A stretch of DNA of 64,000 nt from Candidatus Aldehydirespirator catecholifindens (GTDB lineage: Bacteria; Actinomycetota; Acidimicrobiia; Acidimicrobiales; Aldehydirespiratoraceae): assembly GCA_028283245.1 (NCBI GenBank), contig JAPYNU010000006.1:1542-65541 (forward strand), read 5' to 3'. The first letter of the stretch is position 1, and each line of letters starts with the position of its first letter. Below the pieces are notes generated by a model. That model made no database searches, was not told the origin of the DNA, and worked only from the letters and a program-made list of their open reading frames with translations. This document shows, in pieces, positions 9,939 to 20,100 of the stretch. The position numbers were made by a program, and so were the translations under genes.

Positions 9939-10361
9939 TCACCCCGCCTTTGCGCCACCCATCGTGTAACGGCGAATCAGATGATTCCAACCGCATTCAA
10001 GACATACCTCAACCACATATCCAGTGGAAACACTGCGACGCTGCTGCAAACGCTGCATCTCCTTGCGAGTGGTGACACAACGGCCGTGCTTAGGCAAATA
10101 CGGGCCGAACACGTAGGTAACTTCGACAAGTCCCTCAACGGTGCAAACGGGGCAATCCCGGTCGGTTTCCGCGCCGCAGAACTCGGCGTTGCGGCGCAGT
10201 TCACGTTGCGCGTCACAAACTTCTAGACGGCCCAGTTGTTTGTCTTTCCATGCCTTCACTGTGGCATTGCGAGCTATTCGATAGTCAACGGGTGCAGCAG
10301 GCATGGAGTCAACCCGGCCAGAGCGCTTAACAGCAGCAAGATCGGAGCGCTGAGACTTCAC
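9939..10361 (-). CDS. Conserved actinobacterial Cys4 zinc-ribbon protein (DUF5318-like, family name from memory)
   Basis: CPVC...CLEC cysteine pairs; 140 aa. The GTG start overlaps the pcnA stop (GTGA), implying translational coupling. Confidence 0.55.
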   Translation of the reverse strand: MKSQRSDLAAVKRSGRVDSMPAAPVDYRIARNATVKAWKDKQLGRLEVCDAQRELRRNAEFCGAETDRDCPVCTVEGLVEVTYVFGPYLPKHGRCVTTRKEMQRLQQRRSVSTGYVVEVCLECGWNHLIRRYTMGGAKAG

Positions 10362-11701
10362 GACTTAAACCGTAGTTCGTGGGCAGACCAAAGTTCTAGT
10401 GCAGCCAGCGCTTCGGGCTTGCTAAGCGGTCCCTGTTCAAAGGTCTTGTTGCGCAAGAAGTCGAGAGCTCGACCGACTTCGGGTCCAGCTTCGATAGCTA
10501 GAGCTGCCATTATTTCGGTTCCGTCGAGGGGTAGAACCAGCATGTCTAAATCTTCGTTGGCTCGCAGTTCGACGAGGCTCTCGGCGAAGGCACCTAGCAA
10601 ATTGGTGCTTTGAGCGGTTTGGTCTGTGTCGCTGGCTTTCGCCACGGCCGAAGCGAAAGCCAGCACGTCGTCGATTGGCACAGAACAGCTGTGAACAAAA
10701 CGGCGCACGTTGGCACGGGTCGCTGGCGTTCCAATCAAATCAAGACGAGCTTGCAGCAATGCGCTGACGGAGGTGGTTAGTGATCTGGAGCAGCGCATCC
10801 TGCACAAGCTGAGCGAAGCTGTCTCAGGCGAATCGTTCACGAACAGCGCAGCCCAGCGCGACACAAGGTCAGCTGCTACAGCAGCCACGACATGGGCGGA
10901 CTCTTCAAGGCGAAGGCTGTTGAGTTCGGGAATCAATCGAGTAATCAAGCCGGTTGCAGCAAGAAACTGGAATCCTTCAATGGGATGACTTTGCAACAGC
11001 AGTTTTTGAAATTCGTCGCGTATGCGTTCGACTGCCACAATATCAATTCGGTCAGTCATGGATTGCACAGCGTTCACGAGATTTGGTTCGGGATTTAAGC
11101 TGTGGCTGGCTATGAACCGAGCGGCGCGCAGCATCCGCAGAGGGTCATCGGCAAATGACACGGTGGGATCAAGCGGTGTGCGCAGCACTTGCGCCTGCAG
11201 ATCTACATAGCCGCCGTAAGGATCGATCAAGATGCCGTCAGCGGTATCAACAGCCATGGCATTAACCGTGAAATCGCGGCGGGCCAGATCGGCGGCTACA
11301 TCATCGCCGAAAGTGACCAGCGGCTTGCGTGAGTCGCTCAAGTAATAGTCGGCTCGATGGGTAGTGATCTCATAGTCGCGATCACCAACGGTGCAGCCAA
11401 TGGTGCCGAAGCGTTCGCCCTGAGTCCACACAGCGGTAGCCAGAGAATCCAAAATGCGGCGTACTTCGTGTGGATGGGCGTCGGTGGTGCAGTCAAGATC
11501 GGTGAGAGCGTCGAACTTGCCAGCAACGGCTTCACGGACAACGCCGCCCACAAGATAAAGCCGGTAGCCGCCCTCTCTGAAGAGTTGAGCTAAAGCGTCA
11601 ACGGCTGACAGCGCATCTGCAACAGCTTTGCGAGCGGATGGTAGCACCGCGGCGAGCGTAGCTTGCCCCTTTGTTGTAGCGGACGGCTCACTGCGCTGCA
11701 T
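10358..11701 (-). CDS. CCA-adding tRNA nucleotidyltransferase / poly(A) polymerase family (PcnA-like)
   Basis: YLVGGVVRE...DLDCTTD nucleotidyltransferase motif plus a C-terminal HD-like region. The start is set to the internal ATG at 11701, because the longer track ORF would overlap the divergent degV gene. Confidence 0.85.
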   Translation of the reverse strand: MQRSEPSATTKGQATLAAVLPSARKAVADALSAVDALAQLFREGGYRLYLVGGVVREAVAGKFDALTDLDCTTDAHPHEVRRILDSLATAVWTQGERFGTIGCTVGDRDYEITTHRADYYLSDSRKPLVTFGDDVAADLARRDFTVNAMAVDTADGILIDPYGGYVDLQAQVLRTPLDPTVSFADDPLRMLRAARFIASHSLNPEPNLVNAVQSMTDRIDIVAVERIRDEFQKLLLQSHPIEGFQFLAATGLITRLIPELNSLRLEESAHVVAAVAADLVSRWAALFVNDSPETASLSLCRMRCSRSLTTSVSALLQARLDLIGTPATRANVRRFVHSCSVPIDDVLAFASAVAKASDTDQTAQSTNLLGAFAESLVELRANEDLDMLVLPLDGTEIMAALAIEAGPEVGRALDFLRNKTFEQGPLSKPEALAALELWSAHELRFKS

Positions 11702-11768
11702 AGTGCTACTGTCCACAACGTATGAAGTGGCAGCGAAAGCTGCCGATAAAAGCCGGAAGGAATCGACG

Positions 11769-12635
11769 ATGGCCGTTGGAATTGTTACTGACAGCTCGTG
11801 TGACTTGAGTAACGAAGAGCTTGAAGGCACCGGAATTGAGGTCGTTCCGCTCTATATTCGCTTCGGCACCGAAGAGTTCCTAGACCGTGAAGAGATCACG
11901 GTTGAGGACTTCTACTCAAAAATGGCTATGGCCCCAGAGTTGCCTCAGACGGCTGCGCCTTCCCCTGGCCGCTTCGAGCAGGCCTTTTTGCATCATCTTG
12001 AGAACGGTTGCGACTCGGTGGTATGCATCAACTTGTCGGCTGCCATTTCTGCAACGATGCAGTCAGCAGTGCAGGCTGCTGCTTCGCTGCGCGAGGCAGG
12101 CAAAGACGCCGATATTCGTATTTTGGACAGCCGCTCGGTCGCGGCTGGGCTCGGGACTCTGGTTCTGCAGGCACAAAAGCTGGCTGTAGGCGGTGCCAAT
12201 GCTGACGAGATTGAGTCTCATGTAGCAGCAGCTACCGAACGGACCCATGTTTTCGGCACCCTCAACACGCTGGAAAACCTGCGCAAAGGCGGACGCATCG
12301 GCGGCGCTCAAGCGTTGCTCGGTTCGATGCTGTCAATAAAACCGATAGTTGATATCTCCAGCGGTGAGGTAGCTGAAGCTGCCAAACAACGAACTCGGCG
12401 CAAGGCGCTTGACTGGCTGCGAAACACAGTGCAGGAAGCTTCACCGGTGGAGCATCTGGCTGTGATGCATGGCGAAGCCACCGATATGGAACAGTTCTGC
12501 GAGATGCTTGCTGAAGTGCATTCCGGCGATATTCGTGTTACCAAGATCGGCCCGGTCGTAGGAACCCACGCCGGGGCGGGTGTACTCGGAGTGGCCTACC
12601 AGGTTGCAGAACCTCATCAGCAGCCCCCGGCTTGA
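11769..12635 (+). CDS. DegV family fatty-acid-binding protein
   Basis: MAVGIVTDSSCDL... is the typical DegV N-terminus. ATG at 11769 follows GGAAGG. Confidence 0.85.
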   Translation: MAVGIVTDSSCDLSNEELEGTGIEVVPLYIRFGTEEFLDREEITVEDFYSKMAMAPELPQTAAPSPGRFEQAFLHHLENGCDSVVCINLSAAISATMQSAVQAAASLREAGKDADIRILDSRSVAAGLGTLVLQAQKLAVGGANADEIESHVAAATERTHVFGTLNTLENLRKGGRIGGAQALLGSMLSIKPIVDISSGEVAEAAKQRTRRKALDWLRNTVQEASPVEHLAVMHGEATDMEQFCEMLAEVHSGDIRVTKIGPVVGTHAGAGVLGVAYQVAEPHQQPPA

Positions 12636-12707
12636 TGAGCCGCTCACGAACAATCCGCCTGCCAGCGGTCAGTTGACATTGCAAGCAACGCTCTAGGCTG
12701 AATAGCT

Positions 12708-13139
12708 ATGCCTGATGCCGACGATGCCACGCGCCAGCGACCAGCTTTGAGCCTGGGAGGCAATGACTGGCCAGCAGCCGCAGCTGACAAGGTCGTCAAG
12801 GTAGTCGACCAAATACGAGCACAGACCACCGACAGGGCGATCTTTGCGCTTCGCGCGGCTGTATACAGCCTGCTGGCAGCAGTCGCCGCTGTTTCGGCGG
12901 TGACAATGCTTGCAATTGCTACAGTCCGGCTAGCCGATGCCTATCTTCCGATCGGTGACGGAGTCGGCTCGGCCACTTGGGCAGCCCACGGATTTGTCGG
13001 GCTGCTAATCGCTGTTATTGGTTTCGGAATGTGGGGTGCTCGCAACGGATCCTTCAAGTCTGTCTATGTTGCACTAATCGTGGACGCGGGCATTATCGTG
13101 GCCGTGATCTTCTACGGCGTGATTGCGGCGCTGGCTTAA
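12708..13139 (+). CDS. Hypothetical membrane protein
   Basis: 143 aa with about 3 predicted TM helices. It fills the gap upstream of trxB. No family recognised. Confidence 0.45.
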   Translation: MPDADDATRQRPALSLGGNDWPAAAADKVVKVVDQIRAQTTDRAIFALRAAVYSLLAAVAAVSAVTMLAIATVRLADAYLPIGDGVGSATWAAHGFVGLLIAVIGFGMWGARNGSFKSVYVALIVDAGIIVAVIFYGVIAALA

Positions 13140-13156
13140 GCACGGAACGCCAACCC

Positions 13157-14134
13157 ATGCCCCTTCTTGAAGGCGAAGGCCGCGAAGTAGATGTCGCCAT
13201 CATCGGCTCTGGGCCAGCTGGGCTCACTGCTGCGATCTACACAGCGAGGGCTGATCTCAAGCCCGTAGTGCTGGAAGGTGAGCCAAGCTCCACCAGCGAT
13301 CAACCAGGCGGCCAGTTGATGCTCACTACCGACGTTGAGAACTTTCCTGGATTTCCTGAGGGGGTCATGGGCCCAGAATTGATGCAGCGATTCCGTGACC
13401 AAGCAGAGCGTTTCGGGGCTGAGATTCACACAGTCAAGGCATCCCGGGTAGATCTGTCGCAACAGCCCTATGGCATCTGGGTGGGTAATGCGTCTGCTAA
13501 CGAGCCCGCGCTGCGAGCCAAGGCGCTAATCGTGTCAACTGGAGCGCAGTCGATCATGCTGGATCTCGATCGAGAAATCAACATGGTCGGACATGGACTT
13601 TCAACCTGTGCCACATGCGACGGTTTCTTTTTTCGAGATCAGCACATTGCAGTCGTCGGGGGTGGCGACTCTGCCATGGAAGAAGCCACCTTTTTGACTC
13701 GATTTGCATCCAAAGTGACTATTATTCATCGACGTGATAGTCTTAGAGCATCCAAGATCATGCAGCAGCGGGCCTTCAGCAACGAACGAATCCGCTTTAT
13801 GTGGAACAGCGTCGTGGAGGCATACTTAGGCGATTCTGCACTCAGTGGGCTAAGGATTCGCAATGTAAACACTAACGAAATATCGGTGCTAGACGTAACT
13901 GGATGCTTTATTGCCATAGGGCATCGACCCAATACCGGCCTTTTTGCTGGGCAGTTGCCAATGAAAGAGAGCGGTTATCTTCTCACCAAAGCCAACTCGG
14001 CTGCAACAGAGCTAGCTGGCGTGTTCGCTTGCGGCGACGTTCAGGACGATTTCTACCGTCAAGCCATCACCGCAGCTGGCACAGGATGCATGGCTGCAAT
14101 TGAAGCTGAGCGATATCTCGAAAGCTTGCACTAG
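13157..14134 (+). CDS. trxB: Thioredoxin-disulfide reductase
   Basis: IIGSGPAGLTAAIY FAD motif and the CATCDG redox centre. The start is set to ATG 13157; the track ORF from 12977 overlaps the previous gene. Confidence 0.92.
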   Translation: MPLLEGEGREVDVAIIGSGPAGLTAAIYTARADLKPVVLEGEPSSTSDQPGGQLMLTTDVENFPGFPEGVMGPELMQRFRDQAERFGAEIHTVKASRVDLSQQPYGIWVGNASANEPALRAKALIVSTGAQSIMLDLDREINMVGHGLSTCATCDGFFFRDQHIAVVGGGDSAMEEATFLTRFASKVTIIHRRDSLRASKIMQQRAFSNERIRFMWNSVVEAYLGDSALSGLRIRNVNTNEISVLDVTGCFIAIGHRPNTGLFAGQLPMKESGYLLTKANSAATELAGVFACGDVQDDFYRQAITAAGTGCMAAIEAERYLESLH

Positions 14135-14173
14135 CAACGAAACACCAACAGACAACCAACAAGGAGATGGATC

Positions 14174-14494
14174 GTGTCGACCACTACCCTGAGCAATGCA
14201 ACCTTTGACGAGGAGATCGGTGCTGCTTCTACACCCATCCTCGTGGACTTCTGGGCCGAATGGTGCGGGCCTTGCAAGCAGATTGCGCCTGTGCTTGAGG
14301 AGATCGCCCAAGAAAACGAGGGCAAACTAGCAGTTGCCAAACTTAACGTTGATGAAGCGCCTGACATAGCTCGCCGTTTCGGGGTTATGAGCATTCCCAC
14401 GCTGATCCTGTTCAACGGCGGAGAACCCGCCAAAAGAATTGTTGGTGCTAAGTCGAAAGCTGCTCTGCTCGAAGATCTTGGCGAGTATCTCTAG
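14174..14494 (+). CDS. trxA: Thioredoxin
   Basis: WAEWCGPCK active site; 106 aa. Confidence 0.92.
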   Translation: MSTTTLSNATFDEEIGAASTPILVDFWAEWCGPCKQIAPVLEEIAQENEGKLAVAKLNVDEAPDIARRFGVMSIPTLILFNGGEPAKRIVGAKSKAALLEDLGEYL

Positions 14495-14510
14495 GCATCT
14501 GCCACAGGGT

Positions 14511-15464
14511 TTGCCATTGCACCACGGAGACAGTGGTGCCCCTGTATATGACCTGCATCGTCGCCTAGCTCTGCTTGGCTACGACAGCGGCGACTCGCAG
14601 CACTTCAACGCCGATACTGAAACAGCATTGCGGAGCTTTCAGGGCGACCGCGGTTTGGTGGTGGACGGAATCTGCGGGCCCCAAACCTGGAATGCGCTCG
14701 TTGAGGCCGCTCATCGTCTCGGCGACCGGCTGTTGTATTACCGCATCCCCATGATGAGAGGCGATGATGTAGCGGATCTGCAGAGCAAGCTTGGACAACT
14801 TGGCTTTGACCCGCGTTGGGTGGACGGCATTCTGGGACCACACACACACGAAGCAATCCGGCAATTTCAAAAAAACTCGGGGCTCCACGACGATGGCCTT
14901 GTCGGTCGCTCCAGCATCACAGCGCTAAACCAGCTCGCTAGCAGGACTCGCAGTCAGGTAACGATTGCAGAGGTTCGCGAACATGAGCGGATCCGTCGTC
15001 AGCCAACACGAGTGCAAGGCAGACGGGTGGTTATTGGCGACACAGGAGAGCTTCCTGCGCTCAATCACGCTATTTCTCGCCAGTTGCGTCACGGTGGTGC
15101 TGATGTCTTGTCATTCAGCACACCTGATCTCGGACATCAGGCAAGCACAGCCAACGACTGGAACAGCGATATCTACTTAGGCGTAACGTTGGCGAACGAA
15201 AGTTTTGCGGTTTCTTATTTCGCCGTGAGCGGATTTGAGTCGGTTGGAGGCAAAGCGCTGGCACAACGCTGCTCAACCGCGTTGCAGCCCTATTTTGAAG
15301 TTGCTACCAAGGCCATGCGCCTGCCGATTCTTCGAGAAACACGAATGCCTGCTGTGTGGTGTCGGATTGGCCCTGGTGAATTCGTGGTGCCGTTGATACC
15401 GCAGCTCGCGCAAGCCTTAACCCAAGCGGTGAAGCAATGGTGCTTAGACCCAGGTTTGCACTGA
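14511..15464 (+). CDS. CwlM-like protein: two peptidoglycan-binding repeats plus a degenerate amidase_3-like domain
   Basis: Two PG_binding_1-type repeats (LLGYD...DGICGPQTWNAL and LGFDP..DGILGPHTHEAI). Same position after trxB-trxA as cwlM in mycobacteria. The start is uncertain (TTG 14511 or 14517; the track ORF from 14439 overlaps trxA). Confidence 0.7.
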   Translation: MPLHHGDSGAPVYDLHRRLALLGYDSGDSQHFNADTETALRSFQGDRGLVVDGICGPQTWNALVEAAHRLGDRLLYYRIPMMRGDDVADLQSKLGQLGFDPRWVDGILGPHTHEAIRQFQKNSGLHDDGLVGRSSITALNQLASRTRSQVTIAEVREHERIRRQPTRVQGRRVVIGDTGELPALNHAISRQLRHGGADVLSFSTPDLGHQASTANDWNSDIYLGVTLANESFAVSYFAVSGFESVGGKALAQRCSTALQPYFEVATKAMRLPILRETRMPAVWCRIGPGEFVVPLIPQLAQALTQAVKQWCLDPGLH

Positions 15465-15475
15465 AACACTGGGGG

Positions 15476-16366
15476 TCACACGATTATTTCGCAGATGCGT
15501 TCCAAATCCGAAAGTCCGCTGAAGCGAATCACGACCGTGCCCTCATCCCTGCTGGCTTTGACGGTCACTTGGGTGTCCAGCTTGGCAGCCAGCAGGCTCT
15601 CAAGTTCAAGTGCTGTGGCTTTGATCTCATTGGTAACGGATGCTTGTTCTTCGCTGTGCTCTGTGGTTTCTGACTTCTCAGCATCCGAGCGGATCTTTGC
15701 TGCTCGCTGCTCGGCCTGACGCACCGTCAGGCCTTCCTCGGCAATCTCTTCAGCCAAGACTTGCTGCATGTCAGCATCTTCGAGGCTCAACAGCGCCCGG
15801 CCGTGACCAGCCGAAATACCGCCTTCAACAATGAGGCGCTGCACCTTTGGAGTTAGATTCAACAGCCTGACCGAGTTCGCCACTGCAGAGCGCGACTTTG
15901 CGACCCTGGCAGCAACGACTTGCTGCGTTAATCCAAAATCATCCATTAACTGTTGATACGCGGCGGCTTCTTCCAAGGCGTTGAGGTCGTGTCGATGCAC
16001 GTTCTCAACGACAGCCGCTTCTAGGGCAGCCTTGTCGTCAGCTTCACGAATCAGTGCTGGCACGCTGCGCAATCCGGCACGCTGCGCCGCCCGCCAGCGG
16101 CGTTCGCCCGCAATGATCTCATATCCTTCAGAAGCTTTACGGACAATTACAGGTTGAATAACCCCAACTTGTGCAATTGATTCGGTCAGGCCCGCGAGCA
16201 TTTCTGGATCAAAGCGCTGTCTTGGCTGATAAGGGTTTGGCGATATCAGGCTGATGTCGATTTCTTGAAACGCCGAATCTGCTGCCTGCTTGGCTTGCTC
16301 ATTTGTGGCCGATTCGTCGGGTATCAACGCTCCCAGACCTTTACCGAGAGCACTACGCCGCGCCAT
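15476..16366 (-). CDS. parB: Chromosome partitioning protein ParB
   Basis: ParB box GERRWRAA, an HTH region, and a C-terminal dimerisation domain. Confidence 0.92.
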   Translation of the reverse strand: MARRSALGKGLGALIPDESATNEQAKQAADSAFQEIDISLISPNPYQPRQRFDPEMLAGLTESIAQVGVIQPVIVRKASEGYEIIAGERRWRAAQRAGLRSVPALIREADDKAALEAAVVENVHRHDLNALEEAAAYQQLMDDFGLTQQVVAARVAKSRSAVANSVRLLNLTPKVQRLIVEGGISAGHGRALLSLEDADMQQVLAEEIAEEGLTVRQAEQRAAKIRSDAEKSETTEHSEEQASVTNEIKATALELESLLAAKLDTQVTVKASRDEGTVVIRFSGLSDLERICEIIV

Positions 16367-17138
16367 AAAGGACCTCCTTTGCTAACGCGCGAAAGGCTTT
16401 CGCTCCCGTGGAAGACGAATCATAACGTATGATCGGCTGGCCGAAAGAGGGTGCCTCACTGAGTCGAACGTTGCGGGGCACGACTTGCCAGCAAACCTTG
16501 TCGCCGTAGTGCGCTCGTACTTCCTTGGCCACCTCACGCGACAACTTCGTTCGGGCGTCATACATTGACAAGATCACTTTGGTCAGCCTCAATTCAGGGT
16601 TTAGGCTTTTCTGCACTAGTCCAATGGTCTTGACTAGTTGAGCCAGTCCTTCAAGTGAGAAATACTCAGTTTGCACTGGCACGATCACTTCCTCGGCGGC
16701 GGTCAAGCCGTTCACCGTCAAAAGTCCCAGTGACGGAGGACAATCTATCAGAATAACATCATATTTGTCTTCAATGCTGGAAATAATCGATTGTAGACAT
16801 CGCTCTCGGTTGAATGTCGGGACTAGTTCAATCTCCGCACCTGCAAGATCAAGGTTGGAAGGCAGGATATGCAGACCCTCAACAGCTGTAGGCAGGATGA
16901 TTCCATCAAGATCGGTGTCGCGCAACAAGGCATCATAAATTGAGCCGTCTAGGGTTCGAGTGTCATATCCCAAGCTAGTGGTTGCGTTGGCTTGGGGATC
17001 AAGGTCAACTATGAGCGTCTTCAGTCTCTCCTCGGCTGCAAAACAGGCAGCAAGATTGACAGTTGCGGTTGTTTTGCCTACTCCACCTTTTTGATTTGCA
17101 ACTGCGAGCACCTTGGCGCATTTCGTATCGGGCGGCAT
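16353..17138 (-). CDS. parA: Chromosome partitioning ATPase ParA/Soj
   Basis: Deviant Walker A NQKGGVGKTT; 261 aa. Confidence 0.92.
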   Translation of the reverse strand: MPPDTKCAKVLAVANQKGGVGKTTATVNLAACFAAEERLKTLIVDLDPQANATTSLGYDTRTLDGSIYDALLRDTDLDGIILPTAVEGLHILPSNLDLAGAEIELVPTFNRERCLQSIISSIEDKYDVILIDCPPSLGLLTVNGLTAAEEVIVPVQTEYFSLEGLAQLVKTIGLVQKSLNPELRLTKVILSMYDARTKLSREVAKEVRAHYGDKVCWQVVPRNVRLSEAPSFGQPIIRYDSSSTGAKAFRALAKEVLYGAA

Positions 17139-17181
17139 AGCTGCAAGCTATCTCCCCGTCGGCCCTAGAGCTTGCGCCCTA

Positions 17182-17197
17182 TGTTTCATGTGAAACA
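17182..17197. promoter_or_regulatory. parS: parS site 1 (TGTTTCATGTGAAACA)
   Basis: A 16-mer with one mismatch to the tGTTTCACGTGAAACa parS consensus. It is an inverted repeat ATGTTTCA-TG-TGAAACAT, 44 bp upstream of the parA start. Confidence 0.8.
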
Positions 17198-17198
17198 T

Positions 17199-20100
17199 GC
17201 GGATTCAACTACGACTATTCTCAGGGTTGGACGGAAGGTTCATTTGCAAGTTCGCGCCGCAGTGCGTCAAGATCACGCACTGGGACTCCAAGCACAGCAC
17301 CCACCGCCTCATCAAGTTGAGCGCGAATCGGACACTGCTGAGCTTGGTGCAGCGGCAACAGCGGCTCCCCGGCGATTGTGTCTAACAGGGACGCTAGGGA
17401 CTTGCGGCTTTCCGGCTCGAGGTCGGGCACTGCAAGGCTGCGCATGGCCTGAAGGCTTAAATTGGGACGAGACAGAGTGTTGGGAGATGCAACTGCGAGC
17501 ATGGCAAGAACCCCGAGAGTCGAGTTCAGGAAGACGGTCATAGCTTTGCTCCACTCGGGATTGAGTTCGCCGTCGCAAGGCGCGGCCGGCACCCAGCCTG
17601 AGCCCACAGTCGGCTCTTCGCAGCAAACCGCCAGCACCTTCAGAGTATTTAGACGCGGTTTTGCTGCTATCAGCAGGTGGGTCGCCTTGCTGTAGTACTT
17701 GTCTGCGAGATGCCCTTTACCGCTCTTGGCGTGGATATAGCTATCGGCGGTTGTGGCGAGGCTGACGACGCGATCCGTTTCGTTGTGCCACAACGCTTTA
17801 CGGCCAGTGCTATCGGCGCGACTGTGTCTAGTGAAAGCATCACGGATTCGTTGACCAGCTGGACCGATATCTGCTCTGCGGCCTAGTTTCACGAACTTTG
17901 TGCCTTTCCAAACACCATCACGCAGACAGCCCGCGACATCGGCCAGATACGCCGACGCGATTGTGAGCGGAGCCCATTCTCCCCCCACCATCCGCTTAGC
18001 GGGCCAAGTGCTAATCTGGGCTATGCCGTTGGCGATATCAGTTCCGTCGGCGGGTGTCCATTCCATCAGTGATCGGGCGGTACCTGCGATGTCGGCGACG
18101 CTGCGCGTGTTGCGCCACAGCCTGACGAACTTGGTGGGCGGCCTTAAGGCTGGTTCCTGCGGTGAGCGACGACACACTATGAGCGCCTCAGAAATGCTGG
18201 TGTTCTCTGAGAAGTTGATCCTGTGCGGGTCAAAGGATGCCACAACCCAATCAATGTGAAACCATTCCGCTAGTAGTTTGCGGGCATCTCTATTGGACGG
18301 AGCAGCAACACCGGCGAGTGGGTATACGAACGCCAACACCCCAGAGCCCATGTCGGCAAGGTGCTCGCCAAGGTCGACAAACATGGATCCTGCCGAGGAA
18401 CCATGACCAGCCCGCTTGTGGGTGATGACCTTCTCGCGTGCTTTGAGTTCCTTCTCCTCGGCTTTCGAGAACTGGTCATGACGCAGCGAGTCGCGAGTAT
18501 AAGGCGGGTTCATAATCACCATATGAAAAGTGTTGGGCTGCAGGGTGAGCGCCCTTTTGGTTTCGACTTGCGTCCCGTAGCTTTCTTCGCCGAAACGGAA
18601 CTGCCCAGTAGCCGCGTTCTCCAAGAGTTCCAGCGACCCGATTCGTGCATAGCGCTTGCGGTTCTTGACTTCAACGCCGAGCGGCAGCCTCGCGACGTTC
18701 ATTCGATCAAACGCTGTAGACGGCGACAGCAGACCAAGCGTGGTAGCAGCCATGTGGCAGGCGGTGGCGTTCACGTCAAGACCCCACAGCACCTCCTCAA
18801 TCAGCACAGAAGGTTCGCCATCCTGGAGGGCAGAGCCGCGCAGTTCGCGGATGCGTTCGCCGACAGCCATCAACAGGGTTCCCGTCCCGCAGGCCGGGTC
18901 AATGACCCTGAAGTCAGCCAGCTCTTCGGGTAGAGTATCGGCGTTGGGAAGTCCCAGCATTGCTAACAGCGTCGCTGATGAAACCGATGTGTAATAACTA
19001 CCGTCGTAGCGGGCGGTATCAAGCAATCGATGAAAAATGCTTCCCAGAAGGTCGTGTCCGGCTGCTGCAGCCGATGTCGCAGCTGCTACTCCAGCACGAG
19101 CCACGATCCTCACAATTCTGTTCCATTGAGATGTCAGCACGGGGGCATACAACGCCTCGCGAGCCAACTGGAACACTGGTCGGTAGTCCTTGGCAAGTAT
19201 GAGGCTCCAAGCATCAAGAAGGTCGAGTACCGGGTTGTCGCCAGCAATGCATTTCGTAGCGCGTCTCGGCGGCCACGTTCCCTCGTAGCTCCGCCCATTC
19301 GAATGGCGGGCATCAACTATGGGGCAGGTAGAGAGGTCCGTGAAAGCGGTATCAAGGCGAGCGTGGAACATGGCAGCTGCTGCCACAACCAGAAGTCCTC
19401 GCTTTGCGGCCGCTTCGGACTTGTCTTTTCCGCGGACTGAGGTCGGCAGATCCAGCGCTTCGGCCAGCGCTCCGCGGTCGACGGCTTGAAGGTGACTTAT
19501 GGCTGTGTTGAGTGCTTGATTGAGCCTTGCAGCTTCGGCTTCAGGACTGCCCAAATCGCTGGACAGCAGCAACAAGTGCCTTGCTAGATCAGAGACGCGG
19601 CCTACATGGTCCTGCTCATCATGGTCAAGCGATCGTGGATACACCGTCCTCCAGCGAAGGTTGCGGCAGGCCGACAGTGCCTCGGCTCTAAGACTTACCG
19701 GGTAGGCAACCGCCACGACTGCGTCACCGACGATGGTTCCGTCGACGATCTGCTCAGCCCGGCGCAGAGCATCCTTGACAGCCCCAGCCAGGGTCGCGCC
19801 TTTCTCGGCTTCGCAGTAAATGACGCCTTGATCCGTCTTGATCTTCAAATCAGGCCGCAAGCCTCCTGCCCCACCCAACGGCTCGGGTTCGGCATCAAGC
19901 CCAATGTCACGGAGCGCGTCAGCGAGTGCGCCATTGATCAATTGTTCATGTGATGCCTTTTGTGATGTCACGTTCGGCAGTCCTTGTCATTAGAATGGGG
20001 CTACAGAATGGGTTACGATGCCCATAGCGAGCAGTAACTTGACCAACCTTCACTCTAAAGCAGACGTGGGACGCGGCGGTGAATGCCGAGACTCTCTCTT

